DNA of 64,000 nucleotides. Source: Spirogloea muscicola. Lineage: Eukaryota. Below the pieces are notes generated by a model, which was not told where the DNA came from, ran no database searches, and saw only the letters and a list, made by a program, of their open reading frames with translations. Shown in pieces: positions 1 through 11,200 of the stretch (its first letter is position 1; each line of letters starts with the position of its first letter). The stretch is taken from assembly GCA_009602725.1 (NCBI GenBank), contig WELB01000010.1, forward strand, positions 86,381 to 150,380, in the 5' to 3' direction. Both the position numbers and the translations under genes were made by a program.

Positions 1-770
1 CCCCCCCCTTCCTTGCTGCTCCTGCTGCTCGCGCTACCCCTGCTGCTTCCCGCTGCTGCCCCGCCGCCGCCGCCGCCGCCTCCGCCGCCTCCGCCAGCTC
101 CGCCGCCGCAGCTTCGCGCCTGCGCCTAGGCCGAGGCAGGTTCTGCGGTCGCGAGCCGCTCCGCCGCCACGTGGGGCTCCTGCATGGACTTCGCCGGTGA
201 GCCGCTCCCCCTCCGCGCCTCCCCTCCGCCGTCCCGGGTGCCTGCGCAGCCACGCCAGCTCTCTATCGCCGGTCGCAGCGCCGGCGGCCGCGGTGGCACG
301 GGACTGCGTCCGCCGCCACGCAACAGCTGGCAAGTGGCGCCCAGCGCCAGCCGAGGGACCCGAGCCCCCTGCAGCTGGGGAGGCGGTGCTGGAAGCTCAG
401 TAGAGGCGGGGTCAACGCGCAGGTGCCGGGGCCGCCCGGAAGCTTGAGCTCTCCAGCTGGGTGCAGCTCGAGCAGCAGGCACGCGGCCAGTCGTGGAGCC
501 GACAGAGAGCTGCAGCTAGCTCGTGCCGCTGCTGAGGCCGGCGGCGGCGGTGGCACCGGCGGCGGTGCGGCAGTAGCAGCGGTCTGAGGACGCGAGTAGC
601 CCGGAGCTGCCGGTGATAGTCCAGGCTGTAGCTCGGAGTGCTCCCCAGTGGCAGGTAGCAGTTGGCGCCTAGCTCTCTCAGCGGCCGACGCCCCGAACAA
701 GTGCGGGGAGCTGGGGCGACGGTGGTGCAACGTAGCTTGTAACCCTCTGCCGTCTAGCAGCAGCTGCACC

Positions 771-3700
771 ATGGAGCTGACAAGCTGGCGTAAATGTGTT
801 GGCAGGTCCCTACACTGCCAGATGCGCTCGTGCTCGCGGTCGGCCGACAGGAGCTTCCCACCTAATTTGAGCTCAGGACCGGCGGGCTTGCGGCAGGCCT
901 GCGGCCCTCACGGCCTCACGGCTGGCCCCTGCCAGCTCCAGCTGGTCATGAAGGTGGTGGCGACCGCAGCGGTTGTGGCCGTGCCCCAGCTGTGGCAGGA
1001 AGAGAATTGCCGCCTCAAGGGTGAGAGCCGGCGCGCCACTCAGTACCACTGCCAGGTGAGCTTCGGCGCGCCCAGCTCAAATGCCTGCGCTCGTCAGCTT
1101 CGTCTGGCACAGAGTTGAGCTTGTCTGTTTGCCCTCCTGGCTACGCTCGGTCGCCAACGCTGTCATGTCAAAGTGCCCTGCTGCTGCTCACCAAGCGTCC
1201 TCGGTCATTTCTGTCGTTCTGCAGCAGCCGCAGCCTGACGAGGACAACGACGGCAGCTGCGAGATGGTGGAGGATGTGGACATGGAAGTCCGGCCACCGT
1301 CTGATGTTGTCGGCAGCAGTAGCGAGCACTGCTGCCAAGTGTGCAGCCGGAGCTTTACCACGGGGCGTGCGCTCAGTGACCACATGGTCGTGCACCGCAG
1401 CAAGTACCAGCATGTGTCCGGTGCCAAAGACTGCCTCTGTGTGGCCTGCGACCGCCAGGCGGTCAGTGCCTGTGGCGGCATGGGCACCATGAGCGTGGGC
1501 ATCGTTGGCACAGGTCAGGAGTTGAAGGAGGGCAAGGAGGGGCTGCCAGCCCTGGCGCAGTCAAGCCCGCCACTGTCATCGGCGACTGCCGAGGATATCC
1601 AGGGCAGCAGCGGGGGCGAGGTGCCGCTGCAGGAGGGCGAGGAGATTGGGAACGGCGAGTCCACTAGGAAGAGCAACTCCGGCAGGGGCAGCGGCCAGAG
1701 CGGCCCGACAGCGCCACCACATGGATGCTCCGAGTGCGGGCTGGCATTCTCGACGTGGCGCGCACTGGAGCTCCACATGGCGGCTCACGACGGGGAGGAC
1801 GTGGGCGCCGGCGCTCTGGAGCAGGCGACGTCGTGCGGATCAGATGTGGCGGGGTGGCCGACAGCCCAGCAGGGGCTGGGCGCAGTCGTAGCGAGGGCCG
1901 CCGCGGCCCTAGCTGTGCAGCGGCAGGAGCTGGTGGAGCAGCGGCGGCAGCAGCAGGCGGCCGCGGCGGCGGCGGCGTTGGCGGCGGCGGCAGGCGAGCA
2001 TCAGGCGGTGAGTGAGGAGTCGGAGGCTGCAGAGGAGGGTGCGGCAGAGGACGAGGTCGGCGAGGCGGTGGGCAGCAAAGAGGAGGGCGTCTTATACGGC
2101 TGCCCGCAATGCCACAAGGACTTCAGCTCTCGACTCGAGCTTGCAGCACACCGGCGCGACCATGAGCTACAGCGGCAGCGCCGCCGTCAGCAGCAGCAGC
2201 GGCAGCGTGCCGAGCGGGAGCGCAAGGCGGCGGAGGCTGGTGGTGTGCCGCAGGCGGGGAGCTTTCGGCACCGTCACGTGCACCGCCTGCAAGCAACGGG
2301 CCTGCTATCGGCAGCTGCGGCGGTCAAAGCCGCCACCAAGGCCGGCGGCGTCAGTGCCGCCAACATTGCTGTGGGCATGGCCACCATGGGTGGCGGCGCC
2401 GGAAGCGGCCGCAGCGGAGGCGGCGGCGGTGTCGGCGGCGGAGGCGGCGATGGGCGGGCATGCACATGCACTGAGTGTGGGCGGCATTTCCACTCATGGA
2501 AGGCGCTGTTTGGGCACATGCGGTGCCACCCAGAGCGCGAGTGGCGCGGCATCCTGAGACCGGACGGCGATCAGCTGGCGGGAATGGCCTCCTCGCAGCC
2601 GCGGAGGCGCAACGCCGCGGCCAAGGTGCGGGCGGCAGGCAAGGCCGCGGCGGCGGCTGCGGCCACGGCAACGGCTTCGGCGGCTGCAGCAGTGGCAGGG
2701 CCAGCAGCGGCAGCAGCTGAGTGCGGCAGGGTGCTGGAGTTGCTGATAGCACCGAAGGAACGCAAGTCGGCAAAGAAGCGGCCGGCGTTGCCGCCGGGGC
2801 CCCCCAAGATACGGCCGCTGCTGCCCAAGGGCCCGGTGCCGCCCAAGCTGCGCGGCCTCCTGACGAGTTCGGACGACGAGGAGACTGAGTCCGAGATTGA
2901 GCGCGAGGTGCCCAACCCGGGGCTGGCGGCGGACGGCTCCCACGACGCGGAAAGTGACGCAGAGAGCGTCGAGAGCATGGAGGCCGCGTACTTGCAGGAC
3001 CGTGCAGTTTGCAGAGAGGGGTTTGGTCTGGCTGCCCCCCTCACTGGCGGCTTTGCCGAACGGGCTGCCGCTGCTGCAGCCGTCGCTGCAGCTGCGGCGC
3101 AGCAGTCGTGGATGACGGGGAAGCGGTCCAAGCGCCCGCGGCTATCGGTGCGGCCGCCTGCTTTGCGAGTTGTGCCCCCCATTGGCAACGTGCCACTGGA
3201 GGAGGGCGTGGCTGAGACGCCAATGGCGGTGCGTGAGGAGCGCACAGCAGACTGCCTTGTGCGGCTTTCAGCATCGAAATGGGAAGTGGTGCAGCTGAGG
3301 AGGGAGGTGGAGGCAGGTGGGAGGGAGGAGGAGGAGGGGGAGTGTGGGGTGCAGGAATGTGAAGAGGACGAGGAGGAGGGCGAGGAAGATGGCGGTGCGG
3401 ACATGGACAGGGGCACAGACAACGAGGACGAGGAGGGAGGCAGCGGGTTTGGTGGGCTCGCTAAGGATGTGCACAGCGAGCACCGTGGTTGGAGTGGCGA
3501 GGCCACGAGCGCCAACGAGCGGACTCGTGCTCTGAGAAGGGGCACGGCGGGGGAGGACAGGGTCAGGATGGCTGATGAGGCGGGGGTGCGTGACGAGCCG
3601 GAGACGGAGGGCGCTGAGGCAGCTCTGTGGGAGGACGGAGAGCGCATGCTCAAAGAGGAGATCGATGGCCACAGCGATGGCGATTGCAGGGGTGGCAGCA

Positions 3701-5545
3701 GCACTGGCAAGGCAGAGGCGAGCGTGTGGTTGAATGATGCGGCAGCGATGACAGCAATGGCTGCAGCAACGGCTGGAAAGTACCAGTGCCACACTTGCAG
3801 ACGAGTGTTCCGCTCGCACCAAGCACTCGGTGGTCATCGGGCGAGCCACAAGAAGCTTCGCAGCTGCTTTCCCGTGGCGGCAGGTGCCGTCAGCGGCAAC
3901 AGCGGCGGCGAAAGTGGGGATGCCCTACCCAATCTCCAGGCCGCTGCCGCTGCTGGTGAGGAGCCCAAGCAGGGGCAGAGCCTGCAGCTGCCAGTGCTGG
4001 TGCCTGAGCCCTCTGCATCGGCGTTGGCATCGACATCCTCGGCTGGCGAGGCAGCCGCTGCTGCCGCCCTCGAAGACCAGGTTCTGCCGCTTCCGCCGCT
4101 TCTTCGCCGCAGCCGCTTTGACCACGAGCAGCGCACCCTGCTGCCGCCGCCGCCGCCGGCGCAGCCACTGCTGCTGCCGCCGCCGCCGCCGCCGGCGCAG
4201 CCACTGCTGCTGCCGCCGCCGCCGCTGGCGCAGCAGGACCGAGGCCCAGTCATCCTGATGGGCCTGGAGCAGGTGGCGGCCGTCAGCATGCCTAGCGCTG
4301 CCGTTGCAGTCGCCGCTTCCCGCAAGCACAGCAACCAAGGGACGGGCGGCAATGCCAGTAGCAGCGGCAATGGTGCTAACAGCGCGGTTGGCGGCAGCAA
4401 GAGCCACGTGTGCAGCATCTGCCAGCGTTCGTTTGCGTCTGGCCAGGCGCTCGGTGGCCACAAGCGGTGCCACTTCATGACCGCCGCTGGCAGCAGCCCG
4501 GAGAGGCAGGCTGCTGCCAGTGCCACAGCTGGCGGCGGCGGTGCGGCCATGCCACCTGCAGCGGTGACCGCGGCAGAGGTACCCGCCGAGGATGTCACGG
4601 GGGCGATCCTGATGAGAGCAGAGGGCCTGACCTTCCGTGTTGTGCCGCCACCGATGACGACGCCGCCGCCGCCGCCGCCGCAGCCGTCTCACCTGCAGCC
4701 ACTGCTGCCCTCGCCGCTGTACCTGGCAGCTCAGCGGCTCCAGACGCCATCAGCAGAGCACCCGGCAAAGGCTGGAGCCTACTCTGCCACTGCAAGCCTG
4801 GCCGCCAGCCGAGTTGTGGGAACGGCAGGGAGCACATACTCAAGTGCCAACCTGGACAGCATGACCAGCACAAAGCCGCCAGCGGTGGTGCGGGACCTGC
4901 CCAAGAGCCCCCGGGACGAGCCCTTGGACCTGAACATGCCCGCCCAGGATGACGGTGATGGCAGCATCGGCGGCAGCAGCGGCGACGACAGAGGGGCCGC
5001 CGGGCCGGGGGCCGTGGTCCTCAAGCCCAGCGCTTTCCACAGCGTCCTGCCGCTCAGGTCAGGCCCACCCTGATGCTTTTGCCGGTGCTCTCCCTGCTGC
5101 ACGCAGCCCCACTGCTCACAATCGGCAACTTGTGGTCCTTGTTGGTACCCAGTGAGAGTCTGACCTGTGTCATCTTAACTGGTGTGGCAGCTCCAGCACG
5201 GCAGCGACAGTCAAGGGGCTACCACTGGTGGAGGCTGGCGGCATGCGATGGGGGGAGGCAGGAATGCACTGGCTCAGGACGTCGACGCATTTTGGCATGC
5301 ACGGATACGGCGCCGGGCCCAACCAGTACCAGCGCGCGGGAGCGGCGTGTGGGTCGGAGCCTGCGATGGCGCCCACGAGCTCGTCCGGGGCGATGTCACC
5401 AGCCATGGTAATGCCAGGCATCCTGCTGGCTCCGGTGAGCACGGGGTTCGACGTAATCGCTGGCCACTTTGCTGCGCACGCCGGCTCGCCCGGTGGCCTC
5501 TCGTTCGTAAGCCCTCACTCAACGCAGTCAACAGTGCCCAACTGA
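771..5545 (+). CDS. Multi-finger C2H2 zinc-finger transcription factor, plant QALGGH type with EAR motif (DAZ1/DAZ2/ZAT-like)
   Basis: ORF 1081-5073 has six CxxC..H..H fingers, including [29 protein letters not shown], two QALGGH fingers, an L-box-like ADCLVRLS and the EAR motif LDLNMP. In-phase GT-AG introns at 1056-1224 and 5058-5190 join an upstream exon (ATG at 771 or 948) and a 3' exon ending at 5545. Termini are uncertain. Confidence 0.88.
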
Positions 5546-6104
5546 CAGAATAGATGATGGCACGACTAACAGCAAGCTGCCAGTTCGCTAGCCATGCTCA
5601 GCACTGATCCACCGCGGGCCCACCTCACGCCCTTGTACAGTCTCATGCCATGCCCAAGATGGCGGCGGCAGCCATGTATGTACACCCCAGTAGCCTCCCA
5701 CTTCCTCCCCCTGCCTTAGCATCTCGCTCTGAGTACAGGCACAGCAATTGCTAGTGCCGCCTTGCCAGAGCTTTGATGATTTTTACTCTCGTGCCCCCCT
5801 CAAGCGTGGCACCATGTACAATGTACTGTAGCACTTGGCCAAGGAAGGACAGTCCAAGCTGCCTCTGATTGCTGTCGTCCCCAAGTTACTGTCAGCAGCA
5901 GCACAGACTATTCCAAGATAGGTGGATAGCGGTTGTCAACAAGGCCAGATGTTGGTGAAGGCAAATGAAGGTGACAGGTCTCAAAGTGCCACCCCCGCCA
6001 GCGCGAAACTGCCGCGATCGCAATTTTTGAAATGCGGGATGCCTACCATGCATACTTTGAGATGCACCTGACCAGGGTAAGCCAAGCCAACTGTAGCGGG
6101 GATG

Positions 6105-6175
6105 AAAGAGAGAAAGACTCTTCCAGTAGAGGGCGATGGCTGTGAGTGTCCAGCCCAGAATAAAGAATGAACAAC
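6105..6175 (-). repeat. Retroelement 3'-UTR fragment, type C (GGGCTGG...CAGCCATCGCCCTCTACTGGAAGAGTCTTTCTCTC)
   Basis: Similar copies occur at ~20205-20260, ~26640-26670 and ~57830-57875. Confidence 0.6.
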
Positions 6176-6363
6176 GGGACGAAAGGTGCCCACCTCACGA
6201 GGCTGCCAACCAGCAGCAGCTTCGGTGATGCGGCAGACAACGTCATTGCAGGGGCCCAGAGTGTGGGGCTTATCACATCTGGTGCATGGTGAGGGACGAG
6301 AGCCAGGAGACGCTGGACGCACTGCAGGGGGCCCAGCAGCCGTGACGACAGCGGGAGTCTTGA

Positions 6364-6784
6364 TCAGATGAGGGCGATGCCATTCTCGACGAGGGCGTCG
6401 ACGACGGCGGCGAGCGGGCCCTCGTACTTGTCGCCGCGGCGCAGCTCGAAGGCGACGGCGTACACGTCGGCGGCCTTGGCGCGCTCGGCAAGGAGCGCGC
6501 CGACGGTGCGCGCGGCGGCGGCGTCGGCGAGCGCGGGGAGCGAGGCGCGGAGGTCGCGCGCGGAGGTGGTGGCGACGGCCACGACGCGGCTGGTGACGCG
6601 GTGCATCACCTTGGCGTGCACGTACTTGGCANNNNNNNNNNNNNNNNNNNNNNNNNNNNNNNNNNNNNNNNNNNNNNNNNNNNNNNNNNNNNNNNNNNNN
6701 NNNNNNNNNNNNNNNNNNNNNNNNNNNNNNNNNNNNNNNNNNNNNNNNNNNNNNNNNNNNNNNNNGCGCGGCCGGCGCAGCCAT
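6364..6784 (-). CDS. Organellar ribosomal protein uL18 (L18p/L5e) family; spans an N-gap
   Basis: KYVHAKVMHRVTSRVVAVATT...AAARTVGALLAERAKAADVYAVAFELRRGDKYEGPLAAVVDALVENGIALI* fits the uL18 pattern. A probable ATG at 6784 lies on the other side of the gap. Confidence 0.85.
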
Positions 6785-6828
6785 GCGCGGGCTGCGGCGC
6801 TGGCCCGCGGCTGGCGGAGGGCGGGCTG

Positions 6829-6844
6829 GGGATTAGGGTTAGGG
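6829..6844. promoter_or_regulatory. Telo-box-like element (GGGATTAGGGTTAGGG) in the short bidirectional spacer upstream of the uL18 gene
   Basis: Direct sequence. Telo-box-like (AAACCCTA-type) motifs are known from plant ribosomal protein promoters. Confidence 0.4.
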
Positions 6845-6987
6845 CGCGCGCCAGGCAGGCACACCTCACTTTCTCCCGCAGCTTCCTGCGCCGCCGCCCC
6901 CCCCCCCCCCCACGTCCGCGCCTTCGCCGCGGCGGAGGGGGCGGCGGCGGCGGCGGCGGCGGTGGTCTTTGACTGCGCCAAGAGGCC

Positions 6988-7616
6988 ATGGGCAACGCGT
7001 GCGCGTCGTGCTTCGGCCGCGGCGGCGGCGGCGACAGCAGCGCGGCTGCCACGCCAGACGGGCGCAGCAGCGACAAGCAGCGCATCTTCACGGACGCGGA
7101 CGCGCGCGAGGCCGAGGACGCGCGCGCGCGCGCCGCCATGGCCGCCCAGGACAGGCGAGCGCCGCGCAGTGCTGCGTATGATGCGGCCGGGCGGCCCTCT
7201 CAGTGCTGCGCTGACGCCGCCTTGCTCCGCCTCTGGCCATCGCTGCGGCCGCCCGCAGGCAAGCCAAGTTCGAGAAGTCCGCGGTGGGCAGGGCGGCCAC
7301 CAAGGCGGCGGCGGCCGCAAAGGCCACACCTCACGTCACGCGGACGAACGAGCCCGGCATGCGGGTGAGGCCCCAAGGGGCGGCGCTGCGCCGCTGCGCG
7401 TCCGCAGTAGCCCAGCTCACGCGGCCGCGCACAGGACCAGGCGTCTAGCCCCCTCCGACTACCACATAAAAGTGACTCGCCATGCAGCAGCGATTGCTTG
7501 GTCTGCCTGCAGCTTGTGTGCATGGCAGCTGGGACATCCGGTTGCGGCTGCCTTTCTCGCGACGGCCCGCACTCTTACCCTTGCTTTGTTGGTGGGTGCA
7601 GTGGCAAGTTGGCTGA
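6988..7616 (+). CDS. Small N-myristoylated/palmitoylated protein, SVIP-like (small VCP/p97-interacting protein family); 3 exons
   Basis: MGNACASCFG...AEDARARAAMAAQDR | QAKFEKSAVGRAA...NEPGMR | WQVG*. It has a Gly2 plus Cys acylation start and the plant SVIP-like C-terminus. Exons are approximately 6988-7154, 7259-7364 and 7602-7616. Confidence 0.75.
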
Positions 7617-8270
7617 GAGATTGGCAGGGTGGGAGCTACCAGCAATGCCTGGCCGTGTGCCAGGCAACAGGGACAACAGCGGACTCACTCGACCAGGCCA
7701 CTTCACTCCTGGACCAAGCATAAACGCTGACTCGACGGTTGGTCTCCCCAGCCATTGGCGCTGATGTTGTACTTACTCTCTTGCAGCGGCCTGTGGTCGC
7801 TGTACATAAGCAGCTGGCAGGAAGGCCTACCAGGCTCACCACATGGCAGTTATAGGCCCCTTTGCTCTGTTGCATGGTTGCTCCCTTTTGCATGGTTGAG
7901 CGTGCAGACAAGGGTTGCAATGCTGGCTAGTAGTAGAAACACTCTCTCTCTACTCCAATAGTTGCTGACCTAAGTTGCCTCGGAAGCAATACAGCCATGC
8001 TGTATGCTCCGTGATATACTTGCAAAGAGTTGTTTCATATTGTTTCATTATTGTTCTCAGCACGCCAGCCGGTGCACGATGAACCTACACAGAAGTGGGA
8101 CCCTTAGCTACGCTAGAACCAAAGTGCAAGGTGAGGGACATGTATTCTGTACAAGAAGAAATCTTGTTTCATTCCCAGCAGTTGATAAAGCAGACTCTAC
8201 AATTGCAGTTGTCAATTAACTGTCATGGAGCCACAACTTGCCACCTCTTGCTAGCTAAACGTGGCCAGAG

Positions 8271-11200
8271 TCAATCAGAGGTCCAGGTGGAGCGCCGCGA
8301 CGACGATGAAGGTGTAGTCTGGCTCGAGCACGCCCTCAGCATATCTTCCAGCGTAGTTGCCAGCATGGCATCCAGCGAGGGGTCTAGATCCGTGTGCTCC
8401 TGTTCCTGGCCATTGGCCAGCTGGGCCTTGTGAATACTGCTGGCCCCAACTGCCGGCTGCTCGGTTGGTGGCTGATCATCTGGCAAGCTGGCAGCCGCCA
8501 CGTCCCCCTCTTCCTGAGGTGCAGCCTGGTCGTTATTATCCCCTGCAGCCTCCGACAGCCTGCTCATGAAGTCTGTCAAACGGCTTGGGCCGGGCCCGCT
8601 GTCATGCTGAGCGCCGCTGGCACCTCCTTCCTCAATTTGAGATGCAGCAGGGCTCGCCATGTTCATGCCCGGCGAGTCGTCCCCCTCCAGAGGCACATTT
8701 GGCTGCTCCTTTCTACCAAACGACAGCGTTTCCTCCTCCACCTGTGGCTGCTGCTGCTGCTGCTGCTGTTGCTGTTGGTTCTGATCACGAGGGGACTCAA
8801 CGAGCTCTTCAGCATCGGTGGCCTTGTCCAGGGAGCTGTGGTCTGACACCACTATGCCCTCGCTGCTATGGTGGGCAGCCCCACCTTGGGCCTCGGGGTC
8901 GGGTGCTGCGCTCAGCTCAGCCACCGTGCCATTTGGCAATGGTGCTTTTGTCTCACTCCCATCTAGAAAGTGGGAGAGCTTGCTGACGGGCGTCTCCCCT
9001 GACTGATCTCTTGTGCGTGTGGTGTCCAAGCCCGTCATGTACCTGCCAGTGCAACGTGAAGGACTCACATGAGCTACTGGCAGAAACAATTATCATCTCA
9101 CATGATAAGCAAGCATCCTAATTTGCAACTCTATATCAGTCTTACACAAATGTGCCATTACGGATGGCTCTGGATTGAGAGAATGCTCCAATAGCTGGTG
9201 GGTCAGTACTTATCCTCTGGATTTGTCCTTTCTCATTTCAGACAGAACATCCTGACCTGCTGCTTGGGCTGCCGTCGTACACAATGGCCCTTGGCGACTC
9301 TTCGTCCTCGGTGAACAGCTTGCGGAGCTGTTCCTTCTGCAGCATCGTGGGAGACTGAGAAATGGCGTCAACAATTTTCCACTGGGTGGATTACACATAC
9401 ATGCGAAGTTTCTGTGTGTATTAACTGCCCAGATACTGCTGTATGGTTCGCCAATAGTACGTGCACTGCTCAGCTTACCCATTGTGACCCTTGTGCTGTA
9501 CGCACGAGGGTCACAAGATCAACAATAGCTGAGGTGCTCTTGGTCAGACTGCCCTACTCACAAACATCCGCTGCACTTGGTCAAAGCGACCAGCAGGGGA
9601 TGTAGCAAACTTACTTGGCCATGGCGCAGATGAAATCTTCTTGGAGACTGCAAAGACAACGCCAGCTGCTGCAGCTCACGCGTTGTGCGCTGCGTCTGCT
9701 CCTCCTGCCAAGCAGGTGCATACGAGCAAAAGGATTTGTGCGCTTGCACAAAGACCGCTTGCATCGGTTGCAAAAGCTTACGTGCGTTGGATAGAATGCC
9801 TCGTTGGGCTGGTGCATTTGAAGCACTCACACGTTCGAGTCATCCAAAGATCACCTCATTTATACAAACATTTGACTGACGATGATTCCATGAACTCGTC
9901 ATATGCGTATTCAAACAAGGTAACTGAATTACTGTTACTGGGTACTTCCAGCCAGCAACCTCTTACCTGCAGGTCCAGCCGGTGAATAAGTTGGCCGTGA
10001 TCGAGGCCATGGTCAGCGGATAAGTGCGAGTCCCCCACCCTCTGATCTCCTTTTCCAGAGAACCTAAGGCTTGTCACACGCTCCCGCAGGCTCGCAATTT
10101 TGGCCTCGTGCTGCCTCAGCGCCTGCATCTCCTCCTCCACGCGCTGCCGCATTGCCACCTTCTGCAGCTTGGCTGACAGCTCTGACATCTGGGGCAGGTA
10201 CGTCGCACGAGGCTCTATCAGGGTCTCAGTGGGGAAGAGCTTGATGATGACGGCGAAGTGTCATGCCTTTGACAGCAGCAGGCAAGAGCACCTCCTGTGG
10301 GTGCAGACACCAGCACTCCAAGCATCAGGCAAACAGGGAGTGCTTGCCTCGGCGGCCGAAGGGATGCCACTAGATGAGTCATGCAGGAAGCTGGCTGTCA
10401 GCTCGCGCCAGTCTTTGTCGCCCTCCAAGTCGTCATCACCATCGACAGGACCCGCTTCCTCACTCTCCTCATTCAAGATTGTATTCTGGAGGTCGTCAAT
10501 GTAGGCACTGTGATGCTGACAAGTCACCATCGGACAAGGCCGCGCAACCAAATTAACCTGATTGCCTGTTACTGAGCAGCATTTGGCGCCATTCACTTCT
10601 TCTTCAGACCCCAGAAACATCACTCCTGCTGCAGAGCCCACCCCTTTCTTCCTCCCTCCGCTAAGTGTAACAGCCATCCTAACGTGGCCGGCGACCAGCA
10701 TTGACTTGTGAAGTTGCAGTGCTCAGAGTTGAGCGTACCTGAAGCTCCGCCACCAGCTTGGTGGTTTCCTCGCGCTTCTCAGCCACCTGCATGCGCTTGA
10801 CTTCCATTGACTGTCATCACACAAATGCAGAAGACTCCTGCCTTGCTTTCACAGAGTGAAAGCAAGTCAAGTATACATTAAGCTGCATCTACATACCAGG
10901 ATCTGGTCAGCGCCGTAAATGCAAGATAGAGTCTGATCTCCTCCATCAGTTGGCAGTCGCGGGACTGACCACTTGGTGTCGATGTGCCAAAGCGTTTGAG
11001 AGATCCTCCACTTCCTGCTGCAGGTCGGTCATGGACATGTCCTTGTCGGCCTCCTTGCCAACACGGTGACCATTGGCTGCAGCCTCGTCAAGATCAGTAC
11101 CCTGCGGCATTGGCCGAGAAAGGGGGCCTTTCAGTCGATATCATCATCGGGCGTGAAGGTGAATCCACGTGTCGAACCGCATGCTAAAATGCTCGCAAAG

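Noticed and set aside
1..770. Coding gene in the first 770 bp
   Set aside because: GCC-rich low-complexity frames with no motif; more likely promoter or 5' UTR of the zinc-finger gene.
2571..4692. Long antisense ORFs (407 aa, 254 aa, 255 aa)
   Set aside because: These are shadow frames of the GC-rich zinc-finger exon, with low complexity and no motifs.
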